Positions 55,399 to 64,000 of a stretch of 64,000 bases of DNA are shown here, one piece after another. The DNA is taken from assembly GCA_051294905.1 (NCBI GenBank), contig CM119371.1, positions 10,294,001 through 10,358,000 of the forward strand, written 5' to 3'. Source of the DNA: Botryllus schlosseri. Its lineage: Eukaryota. Every line of letters begins with the position of its first letter. Within the stretch, counting starts at the first letter, position 1. The translations under genes were made by a program, and so were the position numbers. Under the pieces are notes generated by a model, which ran no database searches, was not told the DNA's origin, and worked only from the letters and a program-made list of their open reading frames with translations.

Positions 55399-57337
55399 TA
55401 GGGATGGTGTGAACGTGAGGTTCACGTTCGCGTTCTGTGTGTGAACCTCGGAAATTTAGAGGTTCGTGTTCACAACAGAACCTTGGTAGGTTCTGCACTG
55501 TGAACCTTTTGGTAAATTGTAATTTTCACTCCATTATAAGATCTTTGGCTCAAATTTATTGCATTTCAACTGCGGGCTACTCCATGCATGGTGCTGGCAG
55601 CATAAAAAATCAACGCTTAACGAGCATGCACCATGCACCTCGACAACCTTAAAAGTTTTAGTTGCTTTGTAGCAAAAATTTTCTCGGAATAACCAGCTTT
55701 CCGTTTGTGAATATTTAGTGACTATCTGCTGTGAGCTTGACCCGCAATCACACAACATCACGAGCGATATACGTAGTCAGCGAATGATGCTTATTCAACC
55801 AATCAATGACATTGATATCGTTTTCTGATGTAAAAAATCGAACGGGCGTAGGGGGTTAATCTTGACTTCATATCTTTACTGTATCATTAAAACCAAATCC
55901 GTGCGATTAAGGGGCTTGCTAGTCTAGGGATGGTGTGAACCTCTGAAAGGTTCAGGTTCGTGTGAACGTGAACCTTTTTGAAAGGTTCTGTGTGAACGCG
56001 AACGTGAACCTCATGACGTCACGTGACGTCATATTGCTAATTCCGACCCTACATTTCAGTGAAGGGATATATATATATATGTACAAGATACCAAGCGCCG
56101 AGTCGGACCACATAATGTCACAATGCTGAAGTACATACTGACTTTTTAAACGTCGCCAAATATATCAACTGCGAAGCAATCAAATGATATAATTATCCCG
56201 TAAAATCAGTATCTTCCGTCACTTTGTCAACAATTCGACGAGGACTTGCATGGGAATATAATCATACGCCTTAACCGTCTAAGCCAGACCGGACAATGTA
56301 TTCGGCGTCTGAGTGTTCCCACGTTGATATTAAGCAGAGTGTAAACGGGTTTTACCCCATTAACAAGTCATACAGCAGTAGCCAGCACTTCAATCGCACG
56401 TATGTGGTTTTAATGATACAATAAACATATGAAATCGAGAGGAACCCCGTACTCTTGCTAGATTTATTACATCTGACATCGATATCAATGTCATTAATTG
56501 GTTGAATAAGCATCAATCGCTTTTCGGTCTTGAAATTTTGTGATTGCGGGTCAAGCTCATAGCAGAGAGTCACTAAATATTGTAACAAAGCAGGTTAAAA
56601 TTTGAAATTGTCAGGGTGCATGCTCGTTTAGTGTTGATTTTTTATGCTACCAGCGCCATGCCTATAGTGGCCCGCAGTTATAATGCAATAAATTTAATCC
56701 AAAGATGGTATAATGAAGTGAAAATTGTAATAAATGAAAAAGGTTCACAGTGCAGAACCTATCAAGGTTCGTTTGTGAACGTGAACCTCTAAATTTCCAA
56801 GGTTCACACACAGAACGCGAACGTGAACCTCGCGTTCACACCATCCCTACTTGCTACTGCTGCATAACTTGTTGTTGTTTGTGGTATCGGTAGCGAGTAT
56901 TGAAACCCGTTGTACACTCTGCTCAATATCAATGTAGCAATACTCAGACTGCGAACACATTGTCCGGTCTGGCTAAGACCGTTAAGGCGTAAGCTTATAT
57001 TCCTTGGTAAGTCCTCGTCGAAATTGTTGGCAAAGCGACGGAATGTATTGATTTTACGCAATTATTTTATACTTTGATTACCGCTGTTGATACATTTAGC
57101 GACGTTTAAAACGCCGATATGTACTTCAGCATTGTGGCATTAGTGAACCGAGTCTTCGCTTGGTATCGTGTACAATGTACATTAATATAGGCTATCACTT
57201 CATTGGAAGATAGGGTTGGAATTAGCAATATGACGTCACGTGACGTCATGAGGTTCACGTTCGTGTTCACACAGAACCTTTCAAAAAGGTTCGCGTTCAC
57301 ACGAACCTGAACCTTTCAGAGGTTCACACCATCCCTA
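55399..57337. mobile_element. Element E: tagggatggtgtgaac-family MITE
   Basis: 16-bp TIR; TSD gtaactat at 55391-55398 and 57338-57345. Confidence 0.92.
55925..56849. mobile_element. Element F: same family as E, inserted inside E in the opposite orientation
   Basis: Same TIRs with internal sequence reversed relative to E; flanks cttgcta[gt]c / cttgctac. Confidence 0.88.
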
Positions 57338-57349
57338 GTAACTATACAT

Positions 57350-59795
57350 TAGGGTTGTTCAGAATTGATCGACTTTCAAAATGTCGTGGTTTTCAGTCCG
57401 ATTCCCATGCCTTATACCATAAAAACATATTCTAGGTACTTTTTTCCGTAATTCATCCCTTGCATCCGTGTGCACATTGAGCTGGAAGAATATCGGCTAA
57501 AAATAGGGGATTCCCCTAAAATTTGAGTATCGCTATTCGGACTAGGCTAGTAAAACGTCATATATGAGCTGGTTTTATGTAGCTATTGCGGTTGCAGTGC
57601 TACATAACCTCACTATAGAAAGTCTTGTCAGTTCAGGACACCATTTTCATGTCCTACACTGCCTTAGAACTCCTCAAAACTGCCTAAGACTGATAGTCAT
57701 TTTGTTGGATCACCTATCCTACACTCCTCAACCCTACCCGAGATTGTTCATCAATTGCCGGGATCACCACGTGCAAGAATACAACTGTAAATGTATCATT
57801 CACTCACAGCCACATTATAAACATCACATTGTTCAAAGGAAACGAAACAAAAAGGCAAAGAAACAGATCAACTTGGCACATTGCATTGCACTGCGATGCA
57901 AAGCTCACTAGAAGTCGTTTCGGAGGGAAATTTGAGGCCTTGGCAGTGCTGGCATAGTCTGCGTATTCCAACGCATTTGAGAAAGGCAAACTTCTTGGCA
58001 ATCGAACTCTGGAGAGTGCTACAGGAAAAGCACAGGCTGATCTGTCATTTGAACTGCTGGAACTTGATAATTTAACAAATAATGTCAGAGCTCTTGTGTT
58101 TGACACAACACCCTCAAACAATGAAAAAAATAAAGGTGCGGTTCTGTTACTTGAAGAATTGATAAACAGGAAAGTGTTTTACTTTCTACGTCTGCTTGTC
58201 GCCATCATATTTATGAACTAGTCATCCGGGGAGGTCTGGAAGTGAAGTGTATTTGGATCTGCGACCACAGGCCCTGAAAACACAGATTTTAATACCTTCC
58301 AAGAAGTGGAAAGATATTGATCAATTAAGAAGCTCTAAAACACTTCAGTTTGATGAATGCAGCTGGTTGGCGATCAAAGCTGATGAAGCTAAGCAAGAAA
58401 TAATTCCACTGATGAAGCCATGTAATGGAAAGCAGAAATAAGTATTGATAATAAATGACTACAGAGAATGTGCAACAGGCACCTTGGCGATTGTAGCTGC
58501 CCAATATATTGATAATCGTTTTCGCAAGCCTGGTGCTACTAATAGCACTGGATGGATGAGTCAAGTGCTGTACTGTCAAAAATGTTCATGTGGAGAGAGC
58601 AAATGGGCTATTCTGAAGAGTTCATTAGAAAGTTGCCCTGTTTTATGTCCCAGCTTGGTTGAAAACTGGTAATGCATGTGACGCACTGTATATTGATCTC
58701 AAATTCCTTCATGGCATGACAGACTTTTCAGCGTGCGATTTCACAGTTGCTGATGTGGCATATAAAAAGATGCGAGAACATCATTGGCATCTCACCGAGG
58801 AAACGGTGGTATCAACAATGTTCTCGGCTAAACCAAAGATTCCTGACAAAGTGAAGGAAGCGATGGCTGCTAAATTGCTGCAAATGGTAATCCTTGAACA
58901 ATTTCGCAGAGGTAGGCTATACCTCTGAGTCTAATCTCTGAGTCAATGAGTATGGTTATTTTAATTGAACCGGAATCAGGGTTTCTATTCAATGCTATAC
59001 ATGTCGAACATGATTGGTTTAGTCTTCCAGCTTCGGAATGGCATACTGATTCGCATTTCGTGACTGCTCAAGAATTTGTGAGTAGCGTTGAAATAGTTAA
59101 CGGCGCAGCAGAGCGTTTGGTGAAATTGAATACCGACTTTGATGCTTTCAAAACAGATGACAAAGAACAGCGAGCGAGCCTCTTACAAGCCGTGGAAGAT
59201 ATCGGGAACAGATATGCCGATTTCTCTAAAGCAACCATTTCATCCGGACCTGATTTAAGTAGTATTTGCCAAGTTGATCTGTTTCTTTGCCTTTTTGTTT
59301 CGTTTCCTTTGAACAATGTGATGTTTATAATGTGGCTGTGAGTGAATGATACATTTACAGTTGCATTCTTGCACGTGGTGATCCCGGCAATTGATGAACA
59401 ATCTCGGGTAGGGCTGAGGAGTGTAGGATATATGATCCAACAAAATTACTATCAGTCTTAGGTAGTTTTGAGGAGTTCTAAGGCAGTGTGGGACATGAAA
59501 ATGGTGTCTTGAACTGACAATACTTTCTATAGTGAGGTTATGTAGCACTGCAACCGCAATAGCTACATAAAGCCAGCTTATATATGACGTTTCACTAGCC
59601 TAGTCCGAACAGCGATACTCAAATTTTAGGGGAATCCCCTATTTTTAGCCGATATTCTTCCAGCTCAATGTGCATACGGATGCAAGGGATGAATTACGAA
59701 AAAAAGTACCTAGAATATGTTTTTATGGTATAAGGCATGGGAATCGGACTGAAAACCACGACATTTTGAAAGTCGATCAATTCTGAACATCCCTA
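57350..59795 (+). mobile_element. Element G: hATm-like transposon with 529-bp TIRs and a decayed transposase
   Basis: Arms 57350-57878 and 59267-59795; TAGGG termini; TSD ctatacat. The interior encodes KLLG...SATGKAQA...VRALVFDTTPSN...GAVLLLEEL, ACRHHIYEL, HHWHLTEETV and VNGAAERLVKL...LLQAVE, with frameshifts and stops. Confidence 0.9.
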
Positions 59796-60476
59796 CTATA
59801 CATGCAAAAGACGTTGTATCGCTCACGCTGCTCATAAATTACGTGAGTAACTGCGTATAGCTACATGTTACAGTCTGATATTATCAACCAAAATAGAGGA
59901 TCGAATACAAAGCCTCGACAAGTTGAAACAAATTGATATGGTACAGTAGGTTACACTACCGATTTGCACACCCGCGAGAGTATAAACGCACACTATTTGT
60001 TAGTTCGATTTAAATTATACAAAAGGTTGGTAAAAGTGAGCACCGCGTAATATATGCACTGAGCCGTCTAACCAACAAAGATATGTCGCTGTTAGATTAT
60101 TCTACTACTACTACTACTACGACAACGTAAGTTGTGATCGTGTCGTTTGCGGTCAGTAAATTAAATCAGCGAATGACTGATTGCCCTCACAAGTGACATC
60201 GGCATATCGCGAAAAATCCTAACATGCATATAATGAGGTGATTTAATTTACACCGTTGACTTGAAATTGACTCGTAAATTTTGCTCCGAGTCACGAGTCA
60301 ATTGGCATTTTCGAAGCGCCGAGTCAAGTCAAGTCAAGTCATTTTTGCAAAGGGACTCGAGTCAAGTCAAGTCATACGAAAAAGTTGACTCGAGTCTGAC
60401 TCGAGTCAAGTCATGACTCGAGTCATCCCAACACTGGATTGACTTGTGACTCGGAGCCTTGTGACTTGGTTACAAC

Positions 60477-60980
60477 TAGGGCTGGGCAAAATCGAGTACC
60501 TGAGTGATTCGATTCTGAATCACGTAAAATGCTTCGTAATCGAGTATCACTCATTATGACGTCACAACAGAATGTAATATGTCAAAATTCAAATATGTTC
60601 CTTTTAAGCGACGACAAAGACTATTATACCTGGTATCCATCACATGAAAGATACTTTGGTATTTTTCGACCATGCTGATTTCATTGCACTTGGTGACAAT
60701 GTTGTGGGATGATCATGACTTCGGTAATGAATTATTTCCAGTAACGTTCGTAGCTTTGTACTATATGTTTTGTATGCTACGATACGGCCAATCAAGGTTT
60801 CAAGGCTTCGACAGGGATAATTAGTATCGAAACTATAATTCTCTTTGTTAAATTACCTTGCAGTGTAGAGGGGAGTATAATTTCAGTACTCGAAAAAATC
60901 GTCTTTTACTCCTCGACTCAAATCATTAAAATTAATACTCGATTCAGATTCGAGTACTCGAAACATTGTGCCCAGCCCTA
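60477..60980. mobile_element. Element B: tagggctgggca-family MITE inserted in the right terminus of A
   Basis: TIR as in 27568-28082; TSD gttacaac / gatacaac. Confidence 0.9.
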
Positions 60981-61076
60981 GATACAACCCTGGCATGAAG
61001 CCTCAATAGTTACATGAGTGGGGTGACTAGACAAAGAACACAGTCACATTTGCAGCATATCATGAATGTCACTTAC

Positions 61077-61860
61077 TATATGTGATCTTGTTCAAATGGA
61101 GGTTGATGAAAGCGTATTTCCCATTCTTTCCGACTCTGCTATAATTACACCAGACTGGCAACCTTCTTCATGATGATTCTTGCTGACCGAACAATATTGT
61201 CGCCGCCAACGGTACTGAGTGCAAATGTCTGATATGTCAATATAGGAACAGAATTAGTTGACTGTTCATTAGGGCTCTTCAAAAATGACCTTTTTTCTCA
61301 AATCGTACTGGCTACTTGATAAAATTGTTAGGTTGCCTAATTCAAGCCTAAACACAAAATTTGGTTCAATTCCAGCCAGTAACCGTTTGCTACAGGAGAA
61401 GAAAGTTTCTATTTATCATATAAAAATAAATAGGTAATAAAAAATTTTAAAATTTTCTGTTCACCTGTAACCAAACAATTTTATCAAGTAGCCAGTACGA
61501 TTTGAAAAAAAAGATATTTTTAAAAAGCCCTACTGTTCATGACCGTCCACGTTCAGAGTTGCATCTCAAAGATGCTGAAATAAGCCTAAATACAATCCAA
61601 GCAATACGATCGTCCACTTTGACTGACTGAATTTCTAAAAATAATAAACGTAACACCTTGATAGCTTCCACATCTTACGTTTATATATACCGTCTGCTAT
61701 CGGCACAACAAAGTATTTAAAAACAACAAAACAGATTCAACATACCACATCTCTCGCAAAGGCTTTTGCTTTCATTCAATTTGTCATCAAACTTCTTTAA
61801 ATCCTCCTTTGTGGAGAGTGGCTTTGGAATTCTTTTAGGATCAATTCCGATATCGTTTTA
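61077..61860 (-). pseudogene. Spliced DUF4806-like gene remnant (exons ~61860-61746 and 61228-61077)
   Basis: KPLSTKEDLKKFDDKLNESK..|gtatgt, then ag|TFALSTVGGDNIVRSARIIMKKVAS...NYSRVGKNGKYAFINLHLNKITY|gtaagt; frameshifts present. Confidence 0.55.
61270..61532. mobile_element. TAGGG-ended MITE with ~65-bp TIRs
   Basis: aaatcgtactggctacttgataaaattgtt / aacaattttatcaagtagccagtacgattt; TSD ctgttcat. Confidence 0.9.
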
Positions 61861-61981
61861 TCATATACAATCTATGGCGGGATAAAAGTTTCGGATAAGA
61901 TCTAAAACGAACACAATTTTCCACACAAAAGCCAATTGCCACACGAAATGCCAAATGCTACGGTCTCATTTTACAAGGTAT

Positions 61982-62170
61982 GGCGAGGAAACGTAGTGGT
62001 ACGTTCCATTATAGCTAAACACCAATGAATTGCGGGTTCGAGCCTGACACGTCGACTCCATAATTCCTACGGAAGTGTTGGCCGTTTATCTAGGCTCCTC
62101 TTCGCCATCTGATCCGCATAGCCATGTCTTAAAAAGCCTAGGAGTGGGCCGTGCTATAAGTTGGCAGATG
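61982..62170 (+). mobile_element. Diverged copy of the second SINE family
   Basis: ggcgagg...gtagtgg, gcgggttcgagcc and gtttatct.ggctcctc.tcgcc align with the reverse complement of 40719-40993. Confidence 0.8.
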
Positions 62171-62914
62171 GTTGTCGATGAACTCGGCCGCACAAACTCG
62201 GCACTTGGTGAATTCGGCCCTCAGGAAATTTTGAAATGAAGTGTATTTACAGCTATTAATATGAATTATCAAACTAATAATAGTATTATCAAGTGATTCG
62301 TCAATCTTGTCAGGTCAGGGCATCCGTAGATCACGCAGTCACGGCGTGATTATATCACGTATTGCGTAGCCGCGGGAAATAACGCAGCGCTCATACACTG
62401 ACCACGCGCGGTCTGCTTGGAATTGATGGCGTGAGTGACGGGCCTGTGTCGTGTAAGTTTTGAGAAGATGGATCTTGGCGTTGTATGTGAGATGGAAACT
62501 GTGGAAGATCAAGCGGCACTTCTTCGTTTATCGATCACGACAAGCCAGTGTTCCTCATCAACAAATGTTTCGCATGATCACGTCAAAATAATTTATTTTT
62601 TGCCTTTGGAGAGACGATTCCACTCAAGATTACCAGATCTACCGCGAGCCACGACACGTTTAAATCTCCTTTTTGATACTGTTCATTCATATTAAATGCA
62701 TTTCTAATGCGAAGGTGTTCTAGTGCCAATTCCTCCAAGGGCCGAGTTCACCAAGTGAAGAGCGTCGCGTTATTTCCCGCGATTACGCAATCTGTGATCT
62801 AATCACGCCGTGACTGTGTGATCTACGCATGCCCCCCCGTACAACATTGACAACCACTCAAAGTGCCAAGTTCACCGGCAAACATTCCAGTAACCAATCA
62901 TGGTGACCGGTACC

Positions 62915-63105
62915 CAGGGCTGTGGAGTCGGTAAATTTTACCACCGACTCCGGCTCCGACTCCGACTCCACACATTTTCAATATACCGACTCCGACTCCG
63001 ACTCCGACTCCTGAGTCTTTAAATGTACCGACTCCGACTCCGACTCCGACTCCTGGGTCTTTAAACGTACCGACTCCGACTCCGACTCCCGACTCCGACT
63101 CCAGC
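62915..63105. mobile_element. Left end of a MITE with (GACTCC)n arrays
   Basis: cagggctgtggagtcgg followed by four ccgactccgactcc blocks; partner end not found. Confidence 0.7.
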
Positions 63106-64000
63106 ATTATTACCAATTTACTTCGAAAATTATATGCCACATTGTCGGTTGAATGACTATCATACAACCATTAAACATATGCAAACATATGATTAACTGT
63201 GGCATGCTAAATTGTTTCATTGTGGCACAGCTCGAATTATCCACTATGCAATTAACATGAAATAAAGATTTGCTAAATGTCCTTCCTTATTCATGTTTTT
63301 ATATAACATGGACTCTCTAATATCCTGAAATGTATGAATCATTCAAATATGGCAGATATCCAATCCTGTATAATAAAAATGTAGATAAAAAATCCAAGTG
63401 TAGCTCTTGTGTATGACTCAGCAACTAATAAAGAAATTGAACTTACTAATTTTGTCATTGCACACTATCCTGATTACAAGCACAAACACTCTTACTACTA
63501 ATAATAGACATTGGTCATAAATGAATTTTAGTTAAGTAGTCAAAGACCATAGCCTATGTCTAGACTACATGTACTTAATCAAGTATTCAAGGATTGGGAC
63601 TTGCAGTCTTTCTTAATCATTTGTTCGACCCAAACAGCTAAGCTACACTACAAATATTTTTAATTTTGTCAAGTGGGAAGCATCGTTTGGTCATATTTAC
63701 ATCATTTTTACAATTTTACAAAACCAGCCGATGCATTTGCTCTGTCACAGTATCATGGTATAATTTCAAAAATTGCATCAATTTTGACTGCATCGCGAAA
63801 ACGCATCTTGCGATTTTCTTCCCCTCTGCAACTGAGTTGTAATTTGCAAGTAATGTCTAATTTTATCTATATCAGGGGTGGGCAACTTTTTCGGCGAAAG
63901 GGACACCTGAGATTTACGAACCATTGCGCGGGCAACTGGAATGTTGATAACTTTTTTTTAGTCGTCGATAGGAGCGAACCGAATTAGGTAACATTGCAAA

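Larger units (their letters stand above)
55087..60436. mobile_element. Element D: hAT-type MITE with (AAGTC/GAGTC)n arrays, hosting E, F and G
   Basis: TIR cagtgttgggat / atcccaacactg; TSD gattgact at 55079-55086 and 60437-60444. Confidence 0.92.
53392..60992. mobile_element. Outer element A of the nested stack (GACTC/GACTT-repeat hAT-type MITE; a related end lies at ~19440-19687)
   Basis: TSD gcatgaag at 53384-53391 and 60993-61000; ends cagttgttgtaa / tacaaccctg. Confidence 0.8.

Noticed and set aside
57564..59548. Mirror-image ORFs 57564-57911 (+) and 59255-59548 (-) as duplicated genes
   Set aside because: They lie in the two TIR arms of one element.

Overview
Eukaryotic, AT-rich, transposon-dense window from an invertebrate animal (spliceosomal introns, tRNA-derived SINEs; a tunicate is plausible but that is inference). 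One gene looks intact: a 6-exon secreted fibrinogen-related (FReD) protein gene (23461-30278, +) with a GC-AG intron. Broken or partial genes include a tandem C2H2 zinc-finger array with an upstream ZAD-like remnant (-), an SLC49/FLVCR-like MFS N-terminal half (-), a SAM methyltransferase split by a TE at motif I (+) and a DUF4806-like remnant (-). Mobile DNA includes a near full-length PHD-APE-RT LINE with two nonsense codons, a deleted ZMYM1/DUF4371-type hAT, a hATm-like element with 529-bp TIRs, Buster/Charlie and Chapaev3-like remnants, and more than 15 non-autonomous hAT-type elements with readable 8-bp TSDs, seven of them in one nested stack (53392-60992). The first 5.3 kb is a distinct block of ~200-bp and 92-bp tandem repeats ending in a promoter-like motif cluster and ACTACT, possibly a Polinton/Maverick-type terminus. 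No CRISPR, rRNA or true tRNA genes were seen. I found no demonstrated new system; the best leads are the putative Polinton end, a G-U-rich long hairpin in a SINE family, the ~200-bp module shared between the satellite and a hAT, and the atypical zinc-finger and FReD architectures. Coordinates were read by hand and family names come from motif recognition, not database searches.
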